Shown: in pieces, positions 39,003-48,231 of the stretch
Layout: each line of letters begins with the position of its first letter
How positions within the stretch are numbered: the first letter of the stretch is position 1
Origin: Alphaproteobacteria bacterium
GTDB taxonomy: Bacteria > Pseudomonadota > Alphaproteobacteria > UBA828
Length of the DNA: 64,000 nt
Reading direction: 5' to 3'
NCBI GenBank assembly: GCA_965221125.1
Contig: CBDCRW010000007.1
Location: forward strand, 192,001 to 256,000
Notes under the pieces: model-generated
Seen by the model: the letters and a program-made list of their open reading frames with translations, nothing else
Told to the model about the DNA's origin: nothing
Databases searched by the model: none
Program-made: the position numbers and the translations under genes

Positions 39003-41594
39003 GTGAGCGAAACAGGGACGTTCACCAGCCGCGTGGCCGCCGTGCTGCGGCGGCGCGAGACGCTCCGCATCGGGGCGCCGGCCGCCGCGGCCGTCGTGGT
39101 CGTCGGCGTCCTGCTCGGCGTGTTCCTGACCGGCGGGTCCGATCCCGACGGATCGACGGGGCAGTCGGTCGACATTGCCGACCGCACGGCCGAGAGCCCG
39201 GACGCGAGCGTGACGCCCACTGAGGCGGCGCCCGATGCCGCCGATGGCGGCGTCACCACCCCAGACGCGCAGGAGCCCGAGGCGACGCCGGTGCCCGCCG
39301 ATGCCCCCGCGGAGCAGGACATGGCGGCAACCGCGGCGGATGACACCGCGCCATCGGTCGAAGCGCCGGGAGACGCCGACACGCCGGGAGACGCGGAAGC
39401 TGCCGACGCTGTTGCGGCGACCGATGACGATGCCGAGGCCGCTGCCGGACAGGACACGGCGGCTGCGACCGAAGAGGCGACATCGGAGAGCACGACAGAC
39501 GCTGACACCGTGGCGGCGTCCAGTGAGGCGTCCGCCACCGCCACCGGCGAGGGTGCGGCGAACGCGACTGACGCCGAAGCGGCGGACGACGCGGCCCGCG
39601 TCGACTCCATGGCGGAGACTGCCGACGATGCAACGACCGCTGCCGACGAGGATGCAGCGACGGCGGCTGACACCGAGGCAGCGGAAGACGAGGCTGGCGC
39701 CGACGTCATGGCGGGGTCCGACGTTGCCGCGTCCTCCACCGAGGATGACTCGGCAGCCGCGCCCGACGTAGGGACAACCGAGGACGAGGCCGGCACCGGC
39801 ACAATGGCGGAGACAGGCGACGCGGCCACCGCCACCGCCGACGAGGATGCGGCGGCTTCGCCTGATGCCGGGGCGACGGGCGAAGCGGCCGACACCGTGG
39901 CTGGGTCCGGCGAGGCAACCACAGTCACCGTAGTTGAGGATACAGAAGCTTCGAGTGACGTCGAGGCAATGGACGACGCGTCCGGCACCGACTCCGGCGC
40001 CATGACGGCGACCACCGACGATGCAGCGACCGCGACCGACAAGGATGCGGCGGCAGCGGCCGAGACAGGGGCGGCGGAAGACGCGGGCGAAACCGATGTT
40101 GCCGCAACGGCCGACGAAGGCGCCTCTGCCGCTGCCGAGCCGGATGCCGCAGACGACGTAGCGGCCGGCTCAGAGGCGGCGACGCCGGCTGAGCCCGGCA
40201 GCGACGACGCAACTGCATCGGTCGCCGACGACGAGCCCGCTTCCGAACAGGATGCGGCGGCTGCGGCAGCCGAGGGTACGAGCGACGCTGCTACTGCCGC
40301 CCCCCGCGACGAGCAGGCTGCGGTGGTCGAGGGAACCGCCGGGGCGGAGGAGGGGCCTCCCGAGGCGGAGGAACCCCTGGTCGAGACGCGCGTCGTCCCT
40401 GACGACCCGGTGGAAGCGGCGGACGAAGCGACGCCTGCGGTGATCCCGCCGAGCTTCGATACCGTGCGGATCACCCCGGACGGCCGCGCGGTGATCGCCG
40501 GCCGCGCCGCGCCCGAGGCCGAGGTCGCGGTGCGCAGCGAGACGGTCGACCTCGGCTCGGAGACCACCAACCGGGCGGGCGAGTGGACGCTGGTGCCGTA
40601 CATCGCCATTCCTCCCGGCCACCACGAGTTCCTGGCGATCGCGACCATGCCGGACGGCACGCAGGTGGAATCGGATCATGCGCTGATCGTGTCCGTCCCC
40701 GGCCCCGACGCGGAAGACGATTCGGTGCTTGCCGTCCTGGTGCCGCGCGACGGCATCGGCAGCAGCATCGTCGTGCAGAAGCCGGAGCCCAGGGACGAAG
40801 AGATCGACGTGGCCGCCCCGGCCGAGGATGCCGAGGACGAAGCTCCGGCCGACGAACTCGAATTGGCCGCCGTGGAGCCCGATCCGGCAGCCGCCGACGA
40901 GACCGCGCCTGCGACCGAGACCGATCCGGCAGTCACCGACGAAACCGCGCCCGCGGCAGAGACCGATCAGGCAGCCACGGGAGAAGCACCGGCCGCCGGG
41001 CCGGCGGGCGAGGTCGATGTCGCGGCCGCACCGACTCCGGAAGCCCAGGACGAGGGGGCAGCCGAAACGGCCACAGAGCCGGCGGTGGCCGAGGACGAGG
41101 GCCCCATCGTCGTGGACACGGTGGACTATGGCGAAGAAGGCGAAATGACCATCGCCGGCAAGGCCGAGCCCGAGGCGGACCTGAACGTCTACATCGACGA
41201 AGAGCACGTAGGGACCGTCGAGACCGACGATACGGGTGACTGGGAGGTCACGCCGGAGGAGGAGGTCGAGCCCGGCAGCTACACGCTCAGGATCGATCAG
41301 GTCGATCCCGCCGGCGTGGTCCTCGCGCGCATCGAGACCCCGCTGGTCCGGGCCCGGCCCGAGCTGCTCATGCTGGGCGATGCCATCGTCGTGGTGCAGC
41401 CCGGCAACAGCCTCTGGCGCATCGCCCGGCGCACCATGGGCGGCGGCATTCACTTCACCGAGATCTACGAGGCCAACCGCAGCCAGATCAAGGATCCGGC
41501 GCTGATCTATCCCGGCCAGATCTTCACCGTTCCGGGCCTCGAGAGCGAGCGGGCGCAGGCGTCCCCGTCGCCCGCCGCCGGCGAAGGGCAATAG
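39003..41594 (+). CDS. Membrane-anchored LysM peptidoglycan-binding protein with long acidic linker
   Basis: N-terminal TM, A/D/E/T-rich repeats, two Ig-like domains (PSFDTVRI..., IVVDTVDY...), LysM VVQPGNSLWRIA...IYPGQ. Confidence 0.85.
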   Translation: MSETGTFTSRVAAVLRRRETLRIGAPAAAAVVVVGVLLGVFLTGGSDPDGSTGQSVDIADRTAESPDASVTPTEAAPDAADGGVTTPDAQEPEATPVPADAPAEQDMAATAADDTAPSVEAPGDADTPGDAEAADAVAATDDDAEAAAGQDTAAATEEATSESTTDADTVAASSEASATATGEGAANATDAEAADDAARVDSMAETADDATTAADEDAATAADTEAAEDEAGADVMAGSDVAASSTEDDSAAAPDVGTTEDEAGTGTMAETGDAATATADEDAAASPDAGATGEAADTVAGSGEATTVTVVEDTEASSDVEAMDDASGTDSGAMTATTDDAATATDKDAAAAAETGAAEDAGETDVAATADEGASAAAEPDAADDVAAGSEAATPAEPGSDDATASVADDEPASEQDAAAAAAEGTSDAATAAPRDEQAAVVEGTAGAEEGPPEAEEPLVETRVVPDDPVEAADEATPAVIPPSFDTVRITPDGRAVIAGRAAPEAEVAVRSETVDLGSETTNRAGEWTLVPYIAIPPGHHEFLAIATMPDGTQVESDHALIVSVPGPDAEDDSVLAVLVPRDGIGSSIVVQKPEPRDEEIDVAAPAEDAEDEAPADELELAAVEPDPAAADETAPATETDPAVTDETAPAAETDQAATGEAPAAGPAGEVDVAAAPTPEAQDEGAAETATEPAVAEDEGPIVVDTVDYGEEGEMTIAGKAEPEADLNVYIDEEHVGTVETDDTGDWEVTPEEEVEPGSYTLRIDQVDPAGVVLARIETPLVRARPELLMLGDAIVVVQPGNSLWRIARRTMGGGIHFTEIYEANRSQIKDPALIYPGQIFTVPGLESERAQASPSPAAGEGQ
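39510..40100 (+). repeat. Degenerate ~33-codon intragenic repeats
   Basis: Units start at 39510, 39609, 39708, 39804, 39897, 40002 (93-105 nt apart), e.g. MAETADDATTAADEDAA / MAETGDAATATADEDAA / MTATTDDAATATDKDAA. Confidence 0.65.
40879..40976 (+). repeat. 42-bp intragenic tandem repeat (~2.3 copies)
   Basis: DPAAADETAPATET / DPAVTDETAPAAET / DQAA. Confidence 0.75.
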
Positions 41595-41608
41595 CGCGCC
41601 CGACTCTT

Positions 41609-42034
41609 CTAGCTCAGCCGCGCCACCACGTAACCCAGCAGGCTGACGAGGCGCCTCTTCTCGTCGTCGGAGAGCCCGTGGGTGGCGAGCGCGTTGACCT
41701 CGAGTGCGGCGGGCACCAGCTCGCCGCAGAGCTCGCGCCCCCGCTCCGTCAGCACCACGCGGCGCCTGCGGTTGTCGTCCCGGTCCTGCACCCGGCGGAT
41801 CAGGCCGTCGCGCTCCATGCGCTGCAGCGTGCGCGCGGCCGTCGGCTCCTCGATCTGCTGGCGCCGGCTCAGCTCCTTCTGGGTGAGGCTCTCCTCCTCC
41901 CACAGCAGCAGCAGCATCGACCATTGCGCGACCGAGACGCCGTAGCGGCCCAGCCGCTCCTGCAGCGCACGGGTGAAGAGGCGCGATGCGAGCGAGACGA
42001 GGTGGGCGGCGCTCTCCTCGATCACGAACGGCAC
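41609..42034 (-). CDS. MarR family transcriptional regulator
   Basis: QWSMLLLLW, TQKELS, LQRMERDGLIRR, DNRRRRVVLTERG; start uncertain. Confidence 0.88.
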   Translation of the reverse strand: MPFVIEESAAHLVSLASRLFTRALQERLGRYGVSVAQWSMLLLLWEEESLTQKELSRRQQIEEPTAARTLQRMERDGLIRRVQDRDDNRRRRVVLTERGRELCGELVPAALEVNALATHGLSDDEKRRLVSLLGYVVARLS

Positions 42035-42239
42035 AGCACCGTCCGCCTCCGCTGCGCCGCGTGCCGCCGGCCGACGGCGTATGACGGCATATGACACGGC
42101 GCGCGCTCCCCTGACAGCCCGCCGCAATCCTAGCCCGGTATTCCCGCGGAAAACCATTCAAACTCCCCGTCATCGCTGGCATAGTGCGCGCCGCGCAGCA
42201 GCGCGGATCGCCGGGCGCGCCGGCGAGACGAGGGGGGAC

Positions 42240-43565
42240 ATGACGCTCAAGGTTGCGATCGTCGGCTCCGGGCCGGCGGGTTTCTACACGGCGGATGCGC
42301 TGTTGAAGGCCGATTCCGCGTGCCAGGTCGACATCGTCGACCGGCTGCCGACGCCCTACGGGCTGATCCGCTTCGGCGTCGCACCCGACCACGAGAAGAC
42401 CAAGAACGTGATGCGCGGCTTCGCGCGCACGGCTGCGGACGAGCGCGTCAACTTCTACGGCGACGTCGATATCGGCGAGGCGCTCTCCCTCGACGAGCTG
42501 CGCGGGATGTACGACGCCGTCGTGCTCGCCGTCGGCGCTGCCCACGACCGCAAGCTGGGCCTGCCGGGCGAGGACAAGCCCGGCGTCGTCGGCTCGGCGA
42601 GCTTCGTCAACTGGTACAACGCCCACCCCGATTTCGTGGACAACACGCCCGATCTCGACACCTCCAGCGTGGTCATCATCGGCGCCGGCAACGTCGCCAT
42701 CGACGTGGCGCGCGTGCTGGTCAAGACGCCGGCGGAGATGGCGGCCACCGACCTGCCGGACTACGCCGCCCGCCCCATCCACGGCGCGCCGATCAACGAC
42801 GTCTACATGGTGGCGCGGCGAGGCCCGGTCGAGGCCAAGTTCACCAACGTCGAGCTGCGCGAGATGGGCCACCTCGAGCAGTGCGTGCCGCAGGTCGCCG
42901 CCGCCGACCTGCCCGACGAGGTCACCGGCGAGATGTCGCCGCGCGACCTGCGCGTGCGCGAGAAGAACCTCGAGACCCTCCGCGCTTTCACCGAGCGCGA
43001 GGCCGGCGAGAAGCCGAAGCGCGTGCACTTCGTGTTCTTCGCGAGCCCGGTCGAGATCCTGGGCGACGGCCGCGCGGAGGCCGTGCGCTTCGAGCGCACG
43101 CGGGTCGAGAACGGCCGCGCCGTCGGCACCGGCGAGCACTTCGAGATCGCCTGCGGCCTCGTGGTCGCCGCCGTCGGCTACCTCTCGCTCCCCGTGGACG
43201 GCGCGCCCTTCGACCACAGGAACGGCGTCGTCGTGAACGAGGACGGCCGCGTCGGGCCCGGCCTCTACGCAGCGGGCTGGATCAAGCGCGGGCCGACCGG
43301 CGTCATCGGAACCAACAAGGTCGACGGCAGGGATTGCGCCCGGCAGATCCTCGACGACCTCGGCGCGGAGGGCGGCGGCAAGCCGGGCCGCGAGGCGCTG
43401 GAGGCGCTGCTCCGCGCGCGCGGGCGCCGCTGGATCGATCTGGACGACTGGCAGCGGATCGAGGCGGCGGAGATCGACGCCGCGCCCGAGGGCGCGCCCC
43501 GCCGCAAGCTATACCGGCGCGAGGATTTCTACGCCGTCCTCGACGAGCACCGCGCCGCCGGCTGA
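42240..43565 (+). CDS. Ferredoxin--NADP reductase (FprA/adrenodoxin reductase family)
   Basis: GSGPAGFY, PYGLIRFGVAPDH, GAGNVAIDVAR, GWIKRGPTGVIGTN. Confidence 0.92.
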   Translation: MTLKVAIVGSGPAGFYTADALLKADSACQVDIVDRLPTPYGLIRFGVAPDHEKTKNVMRGFARTAADERVNFYGDVDIGEALSLDELRGMYDAVVLAVGAAHDRKLGLPGEDKPGVVGSASFVNWYNAHPDFVDNTPDLDTSSVVIIGAGNVAIDVARVLVKTPAEMAATDLPDYAARPIHGAPINDVYMVARRGPVEAKFTNVELREMGHLEQCVPQVAAADLPDEVTGEMSPRDLRVREKNLETLRAFTEREAGEKPKRVHFVFFASPVEILGDGRAEAVRFERTRVENGRAVGTGEHFEIACGLVVAAVGYLSLPVDGAPFDHRNGVVVNEDGRVGPGLYAAGWIKRGPTGVIGTNKVDGRDCARQILDDLGAEGGGKPGREALEALLRARGRRWIDLDDWQRIEAAEIDAAPEGAPRRKLYRREDFYAVLDEHRAAG

Positions 43566-43579
43566 GTTCCGCCTGCGCT

Positions 43580-45013
43580 CTACTCCTCGGCCAGCCGGGG
43601 CTTGCGGCCGATCCAGGGTCGCGCGGCTTCGAGCTGGGAAGCGAGGCGGAAGAGCGTGGCCTCGTCGCCGAAGCGGGCGATGGCCTGCACCGCGACGGGG
43701 AAGCCGCTCTCGGTCTGCCCGAGCGGAATCATCATCGCCGGCTGGCCGGTGAGGTTGAACCACACCGTGAACGGGCTGAAGCGGAACACGCGCCGCCAGT
43801 ATTCCTCGATATCCTCCATCATCATGTCGAGCCAGCCGAGTTTGGGCGGCAGGGTGCCGAGGCCGGGGGTGAGCAGCACGTCCCAATCCCGGTGGAACGC
43901 CGCCATCTGGCGGCCGAGCCGATGCGCGGTGTGGACCGCCGCCATGTAGCTCGCGCCGTCGATGTCTTCGGCCAGCGCCGCGCTCCTGGCGACCACAGTC
44001 TCGAGCTCGCCCGGCTGCGGCGTCCGGCCCGAGGGGTGCCCGCGCACCGTATAGAGGATGTTGACCGCGCTGAGCGTGCGGAAAATCGGCACCACGTCGG
44101 CGCCGTCGATCGCGGGGTCGGCCTCGTCCACCCGATGGCCGAGATCGGCGCAGAGCGACGCGGTCTCCTGCAGCACGCGGAGCGGATCGGCCTCCACGGG
44201 CGCGCCGTTGGGCGCCTTGCTGGTGACCGCGATGCGGAGCGTGCCTGGATCGGCGCCGACCTCGTCGAGGAACGGGCGGGCCGGTGGCAGCACGTAATAG
44301 GGATCGCCCGGGGCGGGGCCGTGAGTGGCATCGAGCAGCGCCGCATTGTCGCGTACCGTGAGCGACACCGCGTGCTCGATGGCAAGCCCCGCGAGCGCCT
44401 CGCCGAAGGCCGGCGCCAGGGTGTTGCGTGCGCGCGTCGGGCGCAGGCCCACCAGGCCGCAGGAGGCCGCCGGTGCGCGGATCGAGCCGAAGCCGTCCGA
44501 GGCATGGGCGATCGGCAGCATGCGGGCTGCCACAGCCGCACCCGCGCCGCCGCTGGAGCCTGCGGGCGTCCGCTCCAGGTCCCAGGGATTGCGCGAGGGG
44601 CCGTGGAGCTGCGGCTCGCAGGTGAGGCTGAGGCCCATCTCGCAACTGCTCGTCATGCCGTAGATCACCATGCCGGCCTGCTTGAGGCGCGTGACATGGA
44701 GGCTGTCCTCGGTGGCCGGCGGCAGATCGGCGAAGAAGCGGCTGCCGTGCGCGCACCTGACGCCGGCGACCGACGTGAAGAGAGCCTTGACCAGGTAGGG
44801 AACGCCGGCAAACGGCCCTTCCGGCAGGCCCGCCGCGATGGCCTGCGCGGCCTGGTCGTAGAGCTTCGTGACCACCGCATTGACCGCCGGATTGCGCGCT
44901 TCGACGCGCGCGATGGCGGCCTCCAGAACCTCCGCCGCGCTGACCTCCCCCGCCTTCATCAGCGCCGCGAGACCCAGCGCGTCGTACGACTCGTATTCCG
45001 CGAAGCCGCTCAT
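43580..45013 (-). CDS. Amidase (amidase-signature family)
   Basis: GVPYLVK, GSSGG, SDGFGSIRAPA (Ser-cisSer-Lys triad). Confidence 0.92.
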   Translation of the reverse strand: MSGFAEYESYDALGLAALMKAGEVSAAEVLEAAIARVEARNPAVNAVVTKLYDQAAQAIAAGLPEGPFAGVPYLVKALFTSVAGVRCAHGSRFFADLPPATEDSLHVTRLKQAGMVIYGMTSSCEMGLSLTCEPQLHGPSRNPWDLERTPAGSSGGAGAAVAARMLPIAHASDGFGSIRAPAASCGLVGLRPTRARNTLAPAFGEALAGLAIEHAVSLTVRDNAALLDATHGPAPGDPYYVLPPARPFLDEVGADPGTLRIAVTSKAPNGAPVEADPLRVLQETASLCADLGHRVDEADPAIDGADVVPIFRTLSAVNILYTVRGHPSGRTPQPGELETVVARSAALAEDIDGASYMAAVHTAHRLGRQMAAFHRDWDVLLTPGLGTLPPKLGWLDMMMEDIEEYWRRVFRFSPFTVWFNLTGQPAMMIPLGQTESGFPVAVQAIARFGDEATLFRLASQLEAARPWIGRKPRLAEE

Positions 45014-45151
45014 CGCCACCCTCCCCTGGTGCGTCGTCACGTCCCTGGGGAACCATAGCGCGTCGCCAGGCAGAGCGCCGAGTCGCCCCCGCAACGCAAG
45101 CCAGCCGACGGGGTGCCCGGCAGGAAACGGGGGCGGGGGTACCCTAAATTC

Positions 45152-45183
45152 CTCCCGCCCGGTAGCGGTGAACCGGGCGGGAG
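45152..45183 (-). terminator. Stem-loop downstream of the sugar-binding protein gene
   Basis: CTCCCGCCCGGT-8 nt-ACCGGGCGGGAG, 12-bp stem; weak U tract. Confidence 0.5.
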
Positions 45184-45194
45184 GGTGACAGGCT

Positions 45195-46118
45195 CTACCT
45201 GAAGTCTTCGGCGTTTTCCGTGGTCACGAGGACCGTGCCCGTATCGATGACCGGCGGAAGCTCACCGCCGCCGAGCAGCGTCATGACGCTCTCGACCCCG
45301 ATTGCGCCCATGTTGTAGGGATTCTGCGCGACGGTTGCCGACATCTCGCCGGCCAGCACGCTCTCGGCCGCATCCGGGTTGGCGTCGAAGCCGACGACGA
45401 AGACCTGCTCCAGCATGTCCGCGTTCTTGAGCGCTTCGATCGCGCCCAGGCCCATGTTGTCGTTGCTGGCGAAGACGGCCTGGAGGTTCGGATTGCCGGT
45501 GATGATGTTCTCCATCACGGCCAGCCCTTTTGCCCGGTCCCATTCACCGGTCTGCTCGGCGACGATGTTGAGGCCGCAGGCGGCGAGCCCGGCGGCTGAG
45601 CCATCGGCCCGCGCCTTGCCGGTCGACTGCGTGACGATGCCCTGCAGGATGGCAACGTCGGATCCGGCGGCCACGTTCGCACAAATGTGCTCGGCGGCGA
45701 GAGCGGCGCCCACCTGGTTGTCGGTGCCGATATAGGTCACGCCGGCATTCGAGCCCTTCGTGTCGACGAACACCACCGGAACCCCGTCGGCGATCGCCTC
45801 GTCCACGACCGGCGCCAGTGCGTTCGGGTCGGTCGGCGCGAGCACGATGCCGCTCACGCCCTTGGCGAGCTGGTCCTCGATCTGCGCGATTTGCGCGGCG
45901 ACGTCGGATTCGCTCGGCGGCGCGAGCACGACGACGTTCACGCCGAGCTCGGCGCCCTTCTCCTCCGCGCCGCGCTCGACGGCGGCCCAGAACGGGTTGC
46001 CGGCGCCCGGGCCCTTCATGCTGACGAGAACCGTCTCTTCGGCCGCAGCCATCGAGGCGAGTCCGACCAGTACCGTTGCCGCGACCGCCGCGGCTATTCC
46101 ACCTCGTAGCATTTTCAC
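45195..46118 (-). CDS. Sugar ABC transporter substrate-binding protein (RbsB-like)
   Basis: Signal peptide, NPFW, YIGTDN, NDNMGLGA, GFDA, AQNPYNMG; GTG start after AAGGAG. Confidence 0.92.
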   Translation of the reverse strand: MKMLRGGIAAAVAATVLVGLASMAAAEETVLVSMKGPGAGNPFWAAVERGAEEKGAELGVNVVVLAPPSESDVAAQIAQIEDQLAKGVSGIVLAPTDPNALAPVVDEAIADGVPVVFVDTKGSNAGVTYIGTDNQVGAALAAEHICANVAAGSDVAILQGIVTQSTGKARADGSAAGLAACGLNIVAEQTGEWDRAKGLAVMENIITGNPNLQAVFASNDNMGLGAIEALKNADMLEQVFVVGFDANPDAAESVLAGEMSATVAQNPYNMGAIGVESVMTLLGGGELPPVIDTGTVLVTTENAEDFR

Positions 46119-46215
46119 TGTCGTCTCCTTCCGATTTCTGTCTGCTGACATGATTGACGCAACGTCGCGAGCGCGGGTCGGTCAACCAAGTCCGAAGCAT
46201 TCATAACTACTGGCT

Positions 46216-47181
46216 CTAATGGCGCGTGCCAAGGTCGCGCCGCAGCACGTCGATGAACACCGCGAGCACGATGATCGCGCCGATCAGGATCTGCTGCCAG
46301 AACGAGCTGACATCGTTCAGGTTGAGGCCGTTCCTGATCAACCCCATGATCAGCACGCCGCCGAAGATGCCGAGCACCTGCCCGCGGCCGCCAAAAAAAC
46401 TCGCCCCGCCGATGATGACCGCGGCGATCGCTTCGAGCTCCATGCCCAGGCCCGCATTCGGAAACCCGGAATTGGTCCGCCCGGCCATGATCAGCCCGGC
46501 GATGCCGGCCATGAACCCGCATATGGAGTAGACGATGATCAACGTGCGGTCGACGTTGATTCCGCTGACCCTGGCCGCCTGCGGGTTGCCGCCGATCGCG
46601 TAGACGCGCCGGCCGAACACCGTGTGCTCAAGCAGGACCCAGAAAATCAGGTAAACCGCGACGGTAAAGAGAAAAACGACCGGCAGGTTGAATCGCGTTC
46701 CGTCGATTTCGCCGAGCAGAATACGGGCCGATCCGAGGAAGCGGACCGCGTCGGGCAGCCCCGAATAGGGCACACCGCCGGATATCAGGTTCGCCAATCC
46801 ACGGGCCATGAACAGCATGCCCAATGTCATGATGAACGGGTGCGGCATGCGCAGCTTCGTGATGCCGACGCCGTTCACGAAGCCCGCGGCAAGCCCCACC
46901 AGCGGCGACAGCACCAGCACCACCGGCCAGGGAACGCCGGACGCGCTGGTCACCGCGAGCGTCATCATGCCGAGCGCCAGGACCGAGCCGACGGACAGGT
47001 CGATGCCGGCGGTCAGGATCACCAGGAACATGCCGATCGACAGCATTCCGTTGGCTGCGGTCTGCTTGAAGATGTTGGTGATGTTGCGCCACGAGAAGAA
47101 GACGTCGGGTTGCAGCGCCCACAACACCACGCACATCACGATGATGACGATGAGGATTCCGTAACGGTCGAGGAACGGCAT
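46216..47181 (-). CDS. Sugar ABC transporter permease (RbsC-like)
   Basis: GIDLSVGS, GRRVYAIGGN, ELEAIAAVIIGG. Confidence 0.92.
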   Translation of the reverse strand: MPFLDRYGILIVIIVMCVVLWALQPDVFFSWRNITNIFKQTAANGMLSIGMFLVILTAGIDLSVGSVLALGMMTLAVTSASGVPWPVVLVLSPLVGLAAGFVNGVGITKLRMPHPFIMTLGMLFMARGLANLISGGVPYSGLPDAVRFLGSARILLGEIDGTRFNLPVVFLFTVAVYLIFWVLLEHTVFGRRVYAIGGNPQAARVSGINVDRTLIIVYSICGFMAGIAGLIMAGRTNSGFPNAGLGMELEAIAAVIIGGASFFGGRGQVLGIFGGVLIMGLIRNGLNLNDVSSFWQQILIGAIIVLAVFIDVLRRDLGTRH

Positions 47182-47236
47182 GAGCCGGACCCGCAGCGAG
47201 TCCTTGTCTGCGAACTCCGGCTCGGCGCCGGCCGGA

Positions 47237-48040
47237 TCACCCGGTGCGGTGATGCGCCGGCTCCTTCGTGTTTTCCTTCGTTCCCATGACCCAGCCGATG
47301 ACTTCGCTGCGGGTCGTCTCGGCCAGGTTCGCCTCGGCGAAGTTCGTGCCGTGGTAGAGCGCCATGACCCGGTCGCAGACGTAGAATATGTCGTCCATGC
47401 GGTGGCTGATGATCACGACCGAAATGCCGCGTTTCTTCAGGCCGATGATGAGGTCGAGCACCTTGCCGACCTCCTTGACCGCAAGCGCGGCAGTCGGCTC
47501 GTCCATGATGACGACTCGCGCCTGGAAGGCGATCGAGCGCGCGATCGCGACCGCCTGCCTCTGGCCGCCCGACAGCTCCTCCACCTTCTGCTCCACGCTC
47601 TTCACGTGGATTTTCAGATTGTCGAGATGCTGTTTCGCCTTTTCGCGCCCGCCGCGATGGTCGAACAGCTGCACCAGCCCGCCGAGCAGCCTGCGCCTCG
47701 GCTCGCGGCCGAGATAGATGTTCTCGGCAATGTTCATGTTACCGGCCAGGGCCAGGTCCTGGTAAACCATCTCGATTCCGAGATCGCGGGCATCGCGCGG
47801 GCTGTGGAACTGAACCTGCCGGCCGTCGAAGATCAGCCGGCCCTCGCTCGGCGGGTGCAGGCCCGACAGGACTTTCATGAGGGTCGACTTGCCGGCGCCG
47901 TTGTCGCCCACGACACCCAGCACCTCGCCCGGCCAAAGCTCGAGATCGACGTCGCGCAGGGCCGTAACCGCACCGAAATACTTCCAAATTCCATGGGCCT
48001 CGAGCAACGGACCCGGCGCTTCTTCGGTGCGTTCCGTCAA
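47237..48040 (-). CDS. Sugar ABC transporter ATP-binding protein (single NBD)
   Basis: GDNGAGKS, LSGGQRQ, MDEPTAAL; TTG start estimated. Confidence 0.9.
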   Translation of the reverse strand: MTERTEEAPGPLLEAHGIWKYFGAVTALRDVDLELWPGEVLGVVGDNGAGKSTLMKVLSGLHPPSEGRLIFDGRQVQFHSPRDARDLGIEMVYQDLALAGNMNIAENIYLGREPRRRLLGGLVQLFDHRGGREKAKQHLDNLKIHVKSVEQKVEELSGGQRQAVAIARSIAFQARVVIMDEPTAALAVKEVGKVLDLIIGLKKRGISVVIISHRMDDIFYVCDRVMALYHGTNFAEANLAETTRSEVIGWVMGTKENTKEPAHHRTG

Positions 48041-48231
48041 ATGTCCACCCGCGTGCGCGATAGGGGTTGGCCCACGCACGAACCATAGGTTGATCGCGTT
48101 TGAACCGTCAAGGCTGCCCCCGCCGCCGCCGGACATGCCCGAAAAGGTTGGACCACAACTAGACATCGCAGGCCGGTAGGAGTATCTCAATCCCACCGGC
48201 TCGTCCGGGCCTCACAGAGAACGACAGGGCT

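Noticed and set aside
38990-40660. 556-aa Ser/Ala-rich minus-strand ORF
   Set aside because: Mirror of the low-complexity LysM linker.
39510-40976. Repeats considered as a CRISPR array
   Set aside because: In-frame coding, degenerate, no constant repeat with unique spacers, no cas genes.
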